In this document: positions 21,557-31,139 of the stretch, piece by piece
Layout of the letters: each line of letters begins with the position of its first letter
Position numbering within the stretch: position 1 is the first letter of the stretch
Assembly: GCA_963850905.1 (NCBI GenBank)
Contig: CAWKMU010000003.1
Location: forward strand, 320,001 to 384,000
Direction: 5' to 3'
DNA length: 64,000 nt
DNA from: an uncultured Gemmatimonadales bacterium
GTDB taxonomy: Bacteria > Gemmatimonadota > Gemmatimonadetes > Gemmatimonadales > Gemmatimonadaceae
Made by a program: the position numbers and the translations under genes
Notes under the pieces: generated by a model
What the model was told of the DNA's origin: nothing
Databases searched by the model: none
What the model saw: the letters and a program-made list of their open reading frames with translations, nothing else

Positions 21557-23110
21557 TCAAGAACATGTAGTCGCCGTGCTGCCGTTCCGCGCCGACACGT
21601 CGCCAATCGGAATCGGCTCGACCATCGTGTGAAGGTCCGTCTTCCCCCACGTGGTCGTGTACTGGTCGATCAGGCCGTAATCCCGGATCAAGATCGTGCG
21701 ATACTCGCCACTCTCCAGGAGGTTGGACGCCCGGAACTCGTACAGCAACTGCTTTTGGACCGCGGTGAATCCCGCGAGAGTCACGGGAGTCGCGCCCGCG
21801 GCCGAGCGGACCGCGTTGATCAGAATCGCGGCCTGCCCCGTATTCCCCAACCCCAACTGGATCGCTGCGTCGAGGAGGACCATGTCCTCGTTGCGAACGA
21901 TCGGAATCGGCGAGTTCGCGCTCGTGTACGTCCCAATCGTTTGCGCCAAAGACACCACGGAATTGAATGTCGGTTGGCCCGGCGACCCGCCCCCGATGAT
22001 CTTATTGATGCGCGGATCACCCAACATTGCGCTGTCCGCCGCATTCAATACGAACATGGTGGTGAGACCCGTGAACACCGGATTCGGTTGGTCGCCCGAT
22101 GCACCACTGTAAGAGTGGTACACACCGAGCGGGTCGCCGTAGTCCGTCGCCGCGAGCTGGACGTATTCGACCGTGCCACCGTTGAAAATGAACGACGCTT
22201 TCGCCGCGACGTCTGCGGCTTGCAGTGCGCTCACCAATGGCGCCCCCTGGGGGTTCGTGCTGCTCGGCGGCGTACCACCCGGGGAACGCGCGACCGCGTA
22301 CGCGTATTCGAGCTCCGCTTTGGCTTGGAGCGCTCGGTTGAAACCCGCAAACGTGCCGGGCGTGCCCGGCGGCCCAGCCAGGCTGGCCGCGTTGAACCCT
22401 GGCGGCAGGCTCACCGGGAGTGGGCCCGTGCCCGTCTTCGGCGATCCAGCGACCAGATCCGCCTCGCCGGAGTCGAGCAACGCCGTGATGTACGCCCACA
22501 CGTCCTTGTTGCAGAGAATCGGCGCGACCCCGCCGGGCGCCATATCGACGCCGTAGACCGGGACCCCGTTGCTGTCGCGCGTCTCGGCCAGCAGCATGTA
22601 GTTGTACGCCTTCCACGTCTGCGTGACGCCCGCGATGAGGTTTGCGTCTGACGCGCTGTACGCCGGTGTCACGCTCGGCAAGTTCGTGAGGATGAGATTC
22701 GCGTTCTTCGCGACGCGAAACTCGTTGTCCCACACGACCCCGCCGTAGAAGTCACTGTTCGGGATCGGCGTGCCGTTCCCGAGCCACTCCGTGACGTAGC
22801 GCGAGTCAGTGTTCGTGAAGTTGCCCGCATCGCGCCCGAACGACGACATTGCTTGCACGTAGTAGAACAGGTCGGTCCCGCTTTCCGACGACCCGCGAGT
22901 GGCCGAGATGATACCCGTGACCTGCTGCTGGATCGACGACTGCGCTGTCGGGTTGAGTGTGGGCGAGTTGTAGTTCGGGACTGCCGGATCGTTGCAGGCA
23001 GCGAGTGTGCACAACGCGACCGCGGCCGTGGCGCCTCGGGACCAGCCGAGCCCACGACTCCGCGTGCCGCTGGAAGGCTGCCCAGCAGCGAGAAGAGAGA
23101 TGTGAGTCAT
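21557..23110 (-). CDS. SusD/RagB-family outer-membrane lipoprotein
   Basis: Lipobox TLAAC, PIPIVRNEDMVLLDA, INAVR, directly downstream of SusC-like gene. Confidence 0.85.
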   Translation of the reverse strand: MTHISLLAAGQPSSGTRSRGLGWSRGATAAVALCTLAACNDPAVPNYNSPTLNPTAQSSIQQQVTGIISATRGSSESGTDLFYYVQAMSSFGRDAGNFTNTDSRYVTEWLGNGTPIPNSDFYGGVVWDNEFRVAKNANLILTNLPSVTPAYSASDANLIAGVTQTWKAYNYMLLAETRDSNGVPVYGVDMAPGGVAPILCNKDVWAYITALLDSGEADLVAGSPKTGTGPLPVSLPPGFNAASLAGPPGTPGTFAGFNRALQAKAELEYAYAVARSPGGTPPSSTNPQGAPLVSALQAADVAAKASFIFNGGTVEYVQLAATDYGDPLGVYHSYSGASGDQPNPVFTGLTTMFVLNAADSAMLGDPRINKIIGGGSPGQPTFNSVVSLAQTIGTYTSANSPIPIVRNEDMVLLDAAIQLGLGNTGQAAILINAVRSAAGATPVTLAGFTAVQKQLLYEFRASNLLESGEYRTILIRDYGLIDQYTTTWGKTDLHTMVEPIPIGDVSARNGSTATTCS

Positions 23111-23112
23111 GG

Positions 23113-26100
23113 TTAGAATCCCAAGTCGAGAGAGATGAAGAAGCTGCGGGCCGGCGGATACGGCGTGACCTCCTGGCCACGGTTGACTTGCTGATTGCCG
23201 AAGTTGCTCACCTCGGGGTCGAGCCCGAGGTAGTTCGGATAGATATTGATGAGGTTCCGCCCCGACAGCTGCAGTCGCGCTGAGGTGAAGCGCAGACTCG
23301 GGATGCGAAGCAGCCACGAATTCGGCAAATCGTAGCTCAACGTGACTTCACGCAGCTTGAGATACGTCCCCGGCTCGAGGTACGGCGCGAGGCCGTTGTT
23401 TGCTTCCGACACCAACTGTTGGGCCACTGCCTGGTTGCCGTAGAGGCCGGGGCCGGGGGCGAAGTATCCCATGGTCAGGTCCGACGTACTGCCGCCCTTG
23501 ACCCAGTCCCACAACCCGTACACATGCCAGCGCTGGAAATTGAACTCGTTGGACCAGCTCGCGACGAAATCCGGCTGAGCGTTACCCACGCCGATCGGGT
23601 TCCCCTGCGCATCCACCTGACTGGTGTTGACAATCCACGTGACCGGCTTGCCCTGCTGGATGTAGTACGTGCCAAAGGGGCCACCGAACTGCGCGCCGGC
23701 AGCGTACGCCGGAACGGGCAGGTAATTGACGGTGCTGTAGTTCCGCGCAAACGTGCCGGTCGTGACCCACGTGAGGCTGTTCTTCAGCTGAATGGGCGTG
23801 ACTGCGAGCGAGATTTCCGCGCCCTTGTTGGTGAACTCGCCACCGTTGAACCACTGTGCGTCGGTGCCCGAGCTCGGCGCGATGCTCGCCTCGAGCAGCA
23901 GGCTGCTGATGCGCTTCTGGTACACCGTGAACCCGAGCTGCGCCCGCGAGTTGAACATGGTCGCGTCGAAGCCCGTCTCGATCTCCGCGTTCGTCTCGGG
24001 CTTGATGTTCGCGTCGTTGGTGATTTCCGACGTGACGACGCCGGGAGCACCAGCATTGTGCTGCAGGAGCAAGTTGTCGTATCCGGTGTAGCTCAGCCCG
24101 TAGAGTGGGTCCGTTCCGGACACGCCGTAGGCCGCGCGCAGCTTGAGGTCGTTAATGAAGCTGGCGAACTGCGGCAGGCGATACGAGGCCGCGTACTTCG
24201 GATATACGTAGTATTTGTTGACGTCGCCGTTGGCCGTGCTGCGCTGCGCGGTCAGACCGCCCGTGACCGTGAGCGTCTGGTTCAACGTGATGAACTGTTC
24301 CTGCCCGTAGAACGCCATCGTGCGGGAAGCTGTCCGGGTGTCGAACACTGTCTGGACGGACGCCGCGGTCGGCGAGGAGATGCCGCTCGGGAGACCCTGC
24401 CCGACGTTGTACGGGTTGCTGAAGGTACGCTGGTCACGCGTCCACCCGACTGACGTCGTGGCGTCGATGTATTGGCCGCTCGTGTAGTGGTGGACGAGGT
24501 TGAGCGCCCAGTTGGTGTAGTTGGTCGCGCTCGAGAGGTTGGTCGTCGTGCCATCGAGCGCCTTGAACTGCTCGATCTGCAGTTGCGGCGGCGAGTAGAT
24601 GCGCACGCCCTCGTTCGCGAGGTCGGCGCCACCCAGCGCAGTGAAGTTCAAGCTCTGATTCTCGTTGGTGAAAATCCGCCAAGCGATGTTGCCGCCGCCA
24701 ATGAAGCGGTCGACTTCGTCGGGCGTCTCGATCAAGCTGGCGTCGGCAAAGGCGTTGCCGAATCCATACGGATTGAAGGCGTAGCCGCCGTAGTTGGCGC
24801 TCGACGGCCCGGAGTGCTGGCTCATGTTGAAGAACTGCGGCGTCGTCGAGAAGACGTCGTACGGCGAGATGCCGACGTTGTCGTTGCCCGAAATGCCGCG
24901 GACCGTGAGCGAGTGCGCGTAGTACACGTTGGCAGTCGCCGTGAGGCTCTGCGACATCGACTGCGTGATGTTGGCGCGGGCCGCCTGCTTGTTGTACCCG
25001 GTGTTGATCAGGATGCCGTTGTCATACTTCGACATCGCCGACACGAAGTACTGCGTGCCCCCCTGCGCGCCGCGCACGCTGAGGTCCCCCTCGTACGACG
25101 CCTGGCCGCCACCGAATAGCTCGTTCTGGAAATCGCAGTTGCACTGATACGTGCCGGCTGGCATCGTCCCGCCCACGTACGTGGTCCACCAAGCCTGCGC
25201 CGACGCTTCCGTCGGGAAGGTGGTGATGTCCATGGTGTGCCCGTTCGTGAACGTCCCGAGCTTGCCGGAGAGATCCCACTTGGCCTTGCCCGGCTCGCCT
25301 TTTTTCGTGGTGATCACGACGACGCCGGATCCCGCGCGGGATCCGTAGATCGCGGACGCGGAGGCGCCCTTCAACACCTGAATCGACTCGATGTCGGCCG
25401 GGTTCAGGTCGGCGATCCGGTTGGGGCTGTTGTCCTGCATGTCCTGGGCGATCCCGTTGTTGCCCGCGCCCGTGACGGCGTTCTCACCCGAGTTGACCGT
25501 CTCGTTGTCGACGATCACGCCGTCGATCACGTACAACGGTGAGGCATCCGCGTTGATCGAAGTAACCCCGCGAATCTGGATCTGCATCCCACCGCCCGGA
25601 GCGCCACCGTTGTTCTGCTGGATCTCGGCCCCCGGGATCTTGCCCTGTAACGCGTTCTCGATCGTCGGTGCGGGAACCTGGTTGATCTGATCCGCGTTCA
25701 GCACCGTGATGCTCTGCGGCGAGTTCCGTGTCGAGATGCTCGTCGCGGCACCCGTGATGACCTGTGCCTCGAGTTGCAGCACATCCTGCGTCATCGCGAG
25801 GGTGACTTCGTTCTGATCGGCCGCGACGGGCAACGTCAATGGTTGATAGCCGATGCGTCGTGCCGTGAGCGTGATGGCCGTCGCGGGTACGTTGTTGATC
25901 CGGAACGTACCACTGTCGGTCGTCGTCGCCCCCAACTGCGTGCCGGTCACTAGCACCGCGACCCCCGCCACTGGTGCGTTGTTCCCGGCATCGGTGACTC
26001 GCCCGGAGACCTGCCGCTGCGCCTGGCCCGTAGCCACGACGGCAATTGTGCCGACGGCTACGCCCAGAAGCATGCGCCCGATCCGGGGCACTACTCCTAC

Positions 26101-26115
26101 CACGTGTCTGTTCAC
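23113..26115 (-). CDS. SusC/RagA-family TonB-dependent outer-membrane transporter
   Basis: GTG start with GGAGG RBS; N-terminal carboxypeptidase-like domain, PLYVIDG, LNPADIESIQVLKGASASAIYGSRAGSGVVVITTK, ends LDLGF. Confidence 0.93.
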   Translation of the reverse strand: MNRHVVGVVPRIGRMLLGVAVGTIAVVATGQAQRQVSGRVTDAGNNAPVAGVAVLVTGTQLGATTTDSGTFRINNVPATAITLTARRIGYQPLTLPVAADQNEVTLAMTQDVLQLEAQVITGAATSISTRNSPQSITVLNADQINQVPAPTIENALQGKIPGAEIQQNNGGAPGGGMQIQIRGVTSINADASPLYVIDGVIVDNETVNSGENAVTGAGNNGIAQDMQDNSPNRIADLNPADIESIQVLKGASASAIYGSRAGSGVVVITTKKGEPGKAKWDLSGKLGTFTNGHTMDITTFPTEASAQAWWTTYVGGTMPAGTYQCNCDFQNELFGGGQASYEGDLSVRGAQGGTQYFVSAMSKYDNGILINTGYNKQAARANITQSMSQSLTATANVYYAHSLTVRGISGNDNVGISPYDVFSTTPQFFNMSQHSGPSSANYGGYAFNPYGFGNAFADASLIETPDEVDRFIGGGNIAWRIFTNENQSLNFTALGGADLANEGVRIYSPPQLQIEQFKALDGTTTNLSSATNYTNWALNLVHHYTSGQYIDATTSVGWTRDQRTFSNPYNVGQGLPSGISSPTAASVQTVFDTRTASRTMAFYGQEQFITLNQTLTVTGGLTAQRSTANGDVNKYYVYPKYAASYRLPQFASFINDLKLRAAYGVSGTDPLYGLSYTGYDNLLLQHNAGAPGVVTSEITNDANIKPETNAEIETGFDATMFNSRAQLGFTVYQKRISSLLLEASIAPSSGTDAQWFNGGEFTNKGAEISLAVTPIQLKNSLTWVTTGTFARNYSTVNYLPVPAYAAGAQFGGPFGTYYIQQGKPVTWIVNTSQVDAQGNPIGVGNAQPDFVASWSNEFNFQRWHVYGLWDWVKGGSTSDLTMGYFAPGPGLYGNQAVAQQLVSEANNGLAPYLEPGTYLKLREVTLSYDLPNSWLLRIPSLRFTSARLQLSGRNLINIYPNYLGLDPEVSNFGNQQVNRGQEVTPYPPARSFFISLDLGF

Positions 26116-26563
26116 GTACCCTCCCGTGTCGACCCTTCTGGAGGAAAAGAGACCCAGGCCACCCGGCCGCCGCACAGAGGCTGGCATCCAGGAAACCCGG
26201 GCAGGAATGGCGCAAGTCTGGCCGGTCGACAAACGGATGTCAAGCGCGCATCAGTAGATATCACAGTGACATAACGGCTCCTGCCGGACCACGTCGGCGC
26301 GCCAAAAGCCGCCCCGCATACCCGTTGCATAGATGTGCAGAACCCTCCCTCTTGTATGCGAAGGAATGCACCCGTTCTGCATATCAGATGGGCCGCCGAC
26401 GTCGCAGCAGAGCCTGTCAGTTAAGCTTTCGTAAAAAGCAGGTAGACCAAGGAACAGTTGACTGGTCGCGGAGGAGGGCGGCGGTCAGACAGCAGACAGC
26501 GGGGTCAGCGGTGAGGGGTAACGGAAAAGCCGGTCACGGTGCGCAGTGACCGGCCTTGGACCG

Positions 26564-26686
26564 GTAGGGGCGACGCCTTGCGTCGCCCGTCGTTGTCGTT
26601 GCGCCGGTAGGGGCGACGCATTGCGTCGCCCGTCGTTGTCGTTGCGATTGTAGTTCCCAGACCCCAAACCCGAAACCCCAGACCCC
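26564..26686 (+). repeat. two tandem REPs (43-bp period) plus CCCAGAC/CCCAAAC heptamers
   Basis: GTAGGGGCGACGC(N3)GCGTCGCCC at 26564 and 26607, each followed by GTCGTTGTCGTTGCG. Confidence 0.85.
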
Positions 26687-26707
26687 GTCGTTTTCTGTTT
26701 CGACCCC

Positions 26708-27301
26708 TCAACTACTCGGCGTCGAGAAATTCACCTTGGGTGCTTCCTGCGCGGCAGCCGTGGCGTTGAAGTACGCGTGCGCCTTGGAGCCGATCGCCCG
26801 CGCCGTCAGCACCTGCGGGAACTGGCGAATGTAGGCGTTATACGTCTCGACCGACTGGTTATAGTCGGTCCTGGCCACCGCAATCCGGTTTTCGGTCCCC
26901 GTGAGCTCGTCCTGCAGCCGCAGAAATGCTTGGTCCGACTTGAGTTGTGGATAGGCTTCCGTCACCGACCGATTGAGGATGGTCACCTGCGAGGAGAGCG
27001 CGAGGTTCGCGTCCGCCTCCTTGGCCGGATCGTGGCTGGCCACCGCGTCCGCCAGCCCGGCGCGCGCCTGGGCCACGCCCTTGAAGACATCGAGCTCCTG
27101 CTTCGCCTGCCCGCGCACCGTCTCGACCAGGTTGCCAATGAGATCGCTCCGGCGCTGGAGCTGGACCTCAATGTTGTGCTGGTTCTGGTTCGCCTGCTCG
27201 TCGAGATTCTGGATCGTGTTGTACCCACACCCCGAGAGCATCACGGTGACACTCGCCATCGCGAGCGCACGTAGCCACCCAGCCCTTTTCACCTTCCCCA
27301 T
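26708..27301 (-). CDS. lemA: LemA family lipoprotein
   Basis: LSGCGYN, QLQRRSDLI, EAYPQLKSD, LQDELTGTENRIAVAR, YNAYIRQFP. Confidence 0.93.
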   Translation of the reverse strand: MGKVKRAGWLRALAMASVTVMLSGCGYNTIQNLDEQANQNQHNIEVQLQRRSDLIGNLVETVRGQAKQELDVFKGVAQARAGLADAVASHDPAKEADANLALSSQVTILNRSVTEAYPQLKSDQAFLRLQDELTGTENRIAVARTDYNQSVETYNAYIRQFPQVLTARAIGSKAHAYFNATAAAQEAPKVNFSTPSS

Positions 27302-27322
27302 ACGCTCCGCCCCCCTTTTAGG

Positions 27323-27381
27323 TCGAACGTCGAACGTCGAACGTCTAGCCGTCTAGCGTCCAGCGTCTAGCGTCTAACGTC
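27323..27381. repeat. heptamer tandem repeats (TCGAACG then CGTCTAG variants)
   Basis: About 8 consecutive 7-mers fill the intergenic gap. Confidence 0.75.
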
Positions 27382-27912
27382 TCACTCACCGCGAAAACTG
27401 AGTTGGACCACGTATTTCCCCGGTTTGATAGTCGCATCACCTAGCTTCCAGGCCAAGCGGGCCTTCTCGTTCAAGCATTGGTTGACCTGTTCGCCAGGCG
27501 CCTTCGCCGACCACCGGGAGTTCGCCACCTTGGCGTCTTCCACACTGTTGTCCGAGATCGTGACCAGCACGGCCACCCCACCCCGCAGGGAAGGGTCCGC
27601 CTTCTGGCCGAACTCTTCGTAGCAGAAACGCGTGAACGCCTGTTCACGCTGCACCGACGCGAGCAGTGCCGCCGGCGCCGGCGGGTAGTCGACGGGCAGC
27701 ACGTCGGGCTGCGGCTTCGGTCGCGTAAAGGTGTCGGGCGCGGCCGGCGGCAACGCCGTCTGCACCTTCGACAGGTCGGTCGGCGTGGTGTCGACCGGTG
27801 GCGGAGCGACCGCGACCGTGGACACCGGCGGGTTCTTCTTGTCGCCATGACAGGCAACTACGGCCGCAGTAAGCGCCAACACGATCAATGGCCACCGTAC
27901 GCACGCGTGCAT
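27382..27912 (-). CDS. lipoprotein with AgmX/PglI C-terminal (TonB-C-like) domain
   Basis: Lipobox VVAC, Pro-rich linker, RFCYEEFGQKADPSLRGGV...NQCL, alignable by eye to the C-terminus of 30159-31139. Confidence 0.75.
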   Translation of the reverse strand: MHACVRWPLIVLALTAAVVACHGDKKNPPVSTVAVAPPPVDTTPTDLSKVQTALPPAAPDTFTRPKPQPDVLPVDYPPAPAALLASVQREQAFTRFCYEEFGQKADPSLRGGVAVLVTISDNSVEDAKVANSRWSAKAPGEQVNQCLNEKARLAWKLGDATIKPGKYVVQLSFRGE

Positions 27913-28159
27913 AGCAAGCCTCGTCAAAGACAAAGGGGAAGTGGGCCGGGCTGCCTCTCAGGCGCAGTATCCCCTCTGGGGCACTACGCTCACTACTACA
28001 GGACGGTTCCACCGTCACCGGACGTCACACCCCCTTTTTTTCTCTCCTATCTCCCTTTTTTCGTCTCCTCTCCCCTTTCTCCCTTCTCGGGCGCCAAGCG
28101 CCCGTGCCCGTCCCCTGACCCCTGACCCCTGACCCCTGACCCCTGATCCCTGCGGGTCT

Positions 28160-29038
28160 TTACCAGCTGGCTCCCCCACCGCCACCACCGCCTCCACCGC
28201 CGCCTCCAAACCCCCCAAACCCACCACCACCACCGCCAAAGCCGCCACCACCGCCCCAACCTCCACCCCCTCCCCAACCACCACCATAAGGAAGGAAGAT
28301 CGGCAGGCACCCGCGCCGCCCGCCGCCGCGCCGAGCAATCGCGCTCAGGATGATGAAGATCGCGAGCAGCAGGAAGAACAGTGCCTCGGGCGGGATCCCG
28401 CCGCCTTCCTGACCTGAGCTGCCGGGCGCCGGCGCTAGCGCGGGCAGCGTATTGGTGAAGGTGAAGTGATACTCGTTGGCAAACCGTTGGGCGGTCGAAT
28501 CGGTCACGAGCTCGAGCCCGGCCCCGTAGTTCTGGGTGCGGAAGAACGGGATGGCCGCTCGGCAGATGTCGCCCGCGTCGGCATCGGTAATGAAGCCTTC
28601 TGTGCCATACCCCGTGCTAACGAAGCAGTGGCCGCGCCCGTCCGAGCTGGTCTCCTTTGGCACGAGTAGGATCACCGCTCCGACGTTCCGGGCGGTATCA
28701 CCCGGATTCCCCTTCTTTCCCACACCCCATTGGCGAAGAACAGTCAGGGCCACGTCGGCTGGCGCCCGATCGCCGATGTCTGGGAGCGTCACGATCGCGA
28801 TCTCCCCCGACGATTTCGACTGTACCTGCTGCGCGACCGCGTTGATGTGCGCCGCGTTCTCCGAAGGAATGACGTTCGCGTAGTCGTTCAGGAAGTTCGT
28901 CGGCCGCGGGGGGATCTTGATCGCCCCGGGGTTGAGCTGCGCGTCCGCGACTGCCGGCCTGAGGGTTGTAAGGAAGGCGAGAAGCGCGACGACGAGCCAC
29001 GTGCGCGTCCGCCCGATGCGCGTGCCCGGTTCACCCAT
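28160..29038 (-). CDS. TPM-domain (YgcG-like) membrane protein with Gly-rich tail
   Basis: NDYANVI, EIAIVT, WGVGKKG, GYGTEGFITD, TM helix, GGFGGGG...GASW. Confidence 0.9.
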   Translation of the reverse strand: MGEPGTRIGRTRTWLVVALLAFLTTLRPAVADAQLNPGAIKIPPRPTNFLNDYANVIPSENAAHINAVAQQVQSKSSGEIAIVTLPDIGDRAPADVALTVLRQWGVGKKGNPGDTARNVGAVILLVPKETSSDGRGHCFVSTGYGTEGFITDADAGDICRAAIPFFRTQNYGAGLELVTDSTAQRFANEYHFTFTNTLPALAPAPGSSGQEGGGIPPEALFFLLLAIFIILSAIARRGGGRRGCLPIFLPYGGGWGGGGGWGGGGGFGGGGGGFGGFGGGGGGGGGGGGASW

Positions 29039-29141
29039 GCGCTGCCAGAGCCCCTGTGGCTGGGCACATCTGCGTCCACTCATACCAATCCAATGGATTT
29101 CCTTGCTCAGCCGCCGCGTCCTCAATAGTTTCGCCCGCTCG

Positions 29142-29564
29142 ATGCCGGTGAGCTCCCGGAGTGCCGCATGGCGCCAGCATTTCAGGTGCGGCAGCGCGGC
29201 CGTTGCGCTAGCGGCGATCGCGTGCGCTCAGCCACACGACCACGCCGCGCGCGGCGATTCTGCCGAGCGAGTGGCACACATCGATAGTAGCGGAAGAAGC
29301 GAGAGCGTGGTAGCGGGCCGCGCCAGCCCCGCGCCCTCGCTGTCCCCCGCGGCCGAAAGCGCAGTCGTCCTCGACCAGGCGTACCAGACTGCCCGGTCGG
29401 CCATCAACGCCGAGGCGTATGCGCTCGACACCCTCCCGGTGATCGCGCGGCACTCACCCAACTACGCCCGCCGCTTCGATGCCCTCCGCCACGCCACCGC
29501 CACCGCCGACAGCCTGCGCCGTGCGAGAGATCACGAACGGGCGCTGGCCGCGAAGGGGCGGTGA
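29142..29564 (+). CDS. hypothetical lipoprotein
   Basis: ALAAIAC lipobox-like motif, helical C-terminus; fills the gap between genes. Confidence 0.5.
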   Translation: MPVSSRSAAWRQHFRCGSAAVALAAIACAQPHDHAARGDSAERVAHIDSSGRSESVVAGRASPAPSLSPAAESAVVLDQAYQTARSAINAEAYALDTLPVIARHSPNYARRFDALRHATATADSLRRARDHERALAAKGR

Positions 29565-29624
29565 GGGGAAACGACTGGGTGACGGGTGACGGGTTGTTCA
29601 TACGCAGGGCCAAACCCACACAAC

Positions 29625-29764
29625 GGGCGGGCTAAAGCCCGCCCCTACATGTTGCTGTGGACGGCGGTACCCCCGGATTCGCCTACACTCGGCCAGGTGC
29701 CGGTAGGGCACTCCGGGGTTTCACCGTCCACGCCGACATGTAGGGGCGACGCTTTGCGTCGCCC
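29625..29764. repeat. 140-bp composite REP element (GTAG ends inward), homologous to 8263-8402
   Basis: ...CCCCTACATGTTGCTG...GGATTCG...CTCCG...CACCG..CGCCGACATGTAGGGG... shared by both copies. Confidence 0.85.
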
Positions 29765-29827
29765 GTTGTTGTCGTAGCGGTTGTCGTTCCCTGATCTCTG
29801 ACCCGTGATCCCTGACCCCTGTCGTTC

Positions 29828-29968
29828 TCATTCCCCCCTCAGCAACGCGGACGGCTGCACGGACAACGCCCGTCTTGCGGGGATCCACGTCGCGACGAAG
29901 CCGGGCGACTTCCGCAACGCCCTGACCGCGTAGCGCAGGTCCTCTCGAAACGAGTCGAGCAGGTGCAC
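29828..29968 (-). pseudogene. 46-codon internally deleted ABC permease (ADOP/MacB-like) remnant
   Basis: GGAGG RBS, GTG start; MHLLDSFREDLRYAVRALRKSPGFVATWIPARRALSVQPSALLRGE*, the typical N- and C-terminal permease motifs joined in frame. Confidence 0.75.
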
Positions 29969-30073
29969 GGTCCCTCCGGCGCCGTTTGGTCTATTTTGGA
30001 CAACGGCCCGGGGGAATGGGCGGTTTCAGGGGGTCGGGAGCGCGCTCTGGATCGCGGCTGTCCACGCCGACAT

Positions 30074-30097
30074 GTAGGGGCGGCCTTCAGGCCGCCC
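30074..30097 (+). repeat. REP hairpin
   Basis: GTAGGGGCGGCCTTCAGGCCGCCC preceded by TCCACGCCGACAT, same core as 11008. Confidence 0.85.
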
Positions 30098-30158
30098 ACC
30101 CGCCGCCGCCGTGCGGTGGCCGTTCTCGTCACCCGTTACCCGGCTTCTCGCTCTCGCC

Positions 30159-31139
30159 CTATCTCGAAAAATTGAACGAAAACTCAAACGTCCCCGCGCC
30201 CGTGCTCGATGGCGGGAACTGCCAGGCACGCGCCTTCTCGAGGATGCAGCCCTCCGCGGGGGCGGCCCCCGGGCCCGACCACGTGCGCCGGCTGACCTTC
30301 GCGTTCGTGACCGTGCCGTTCACGGCCAAGGTCAGCGCGACGGTCACCGATCCCGCGAGGTCCGGGTTCACCTTGAGCCCGTACTCGTCGTAGCAGAAGC
30401 GGAGCTGCGACTCGTGCTCACGCACGGACGTCCCCAGTGCCCCCACATCGCGCGTCGGTGCCCCGAACCCCGCGACGTCGATCGCACGCGGTGCGGATAC
30501 GCTCACACCTTCGTGGCCAATGCCTCCACCGCCATTCACACCCCCGATGGCGCCCACCGCGCCCGCGCCGCCCATGTCGCTGCGCCCCGGAGTCCGCACA
30601 CCCTGACCACCCTGGCCGTAGGCCAACACGGTCTTGCCGACCGCCTCGCCCGGCCTGGGCGCGCCGGCGTTCGCGACTGCCACGCCGCGCAACACGTTGG
30701 ACACGTCCCCGACGGGCCCGTTCTTGGGCGCGGCCCCGCCGAAAGCGGAGCTGAACGCCGCGGCGCGTTTCGCTTCCTTCTCGGCCGCCGTGGGCTGCGG
30801 CTTGGGCGCCGCCGGCGCAGGAGCCGGCTTCGGAGCTGGAGCGGGCGCCGCGGCGACGGGCTCCGGCTTCGGCGGCGCCGGAGGCGGCGGCTCGAATTTC
30901 ACGTCGATCGGACGCTCCTCCGGCGGGAGCAGATGGGTCACATCGGTGGTCGGCCCGAATGCCACCAAAAGGACCCACAGCACCCCGACCGTGCCGGAAA
31001 TGACCCACGAACCGAGAAGACCGCGACCTTCTTCGTCGGCCAGCTCGTAGCGCAGGTTCCGCGTGAACGTCGCCTCGTCCCGCACGGGCGCGGGCCGACT
31101 GACGCGGCGCGGCGTGGTCCGGCGCTCAGCCTGCGGCAT
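30159..31139 (-). CDS. TonB/TolA-like energy transducer with AgmX/PglI C-terminal domain (GltG-like)
   Basis: Single TM, Pro/Ala linker, Gly-rich region, LRFCYDEYGLKVNPDLAGSV...GCILEKARAWQFP...FSFNF. Confidence 0.85.
   Translation of the reverse strand: MPQAERRTTPRRVSRPAPVRDEATFTRNLRYELADEEGRGLLGSWVISGTVGVLWVLLVAFGPTTDVTHLLPPEERPIDVKFEPPPPAPPKPEPVAAAPAPAPKPAPAPAAPKPQPTAAEKEAKRAAAFSSAFGGAAPKNGPVGDVSNVLRGVAVANAGAPRPGEAVGKTVLAYGQGGQGVRTPGRSDMGGAGAVGAIGGVNGGGGIGHEGVSVSAPRAIDVAGFGAPTRDVGALGTSVREHESQLRFCYDEYGLKVNPDLAGSVTVALTLAVNGTVTNAKVSRRTWSGPGAAPAEGCILEKARAWQFPPSSTGAGTFEFSFNFSR

Noticed and set aside
28160..28290. CCA/CCG trinucleotide microsatellite
   Set aside because: Encodes the normal Gly-rich tail of TPM proteins
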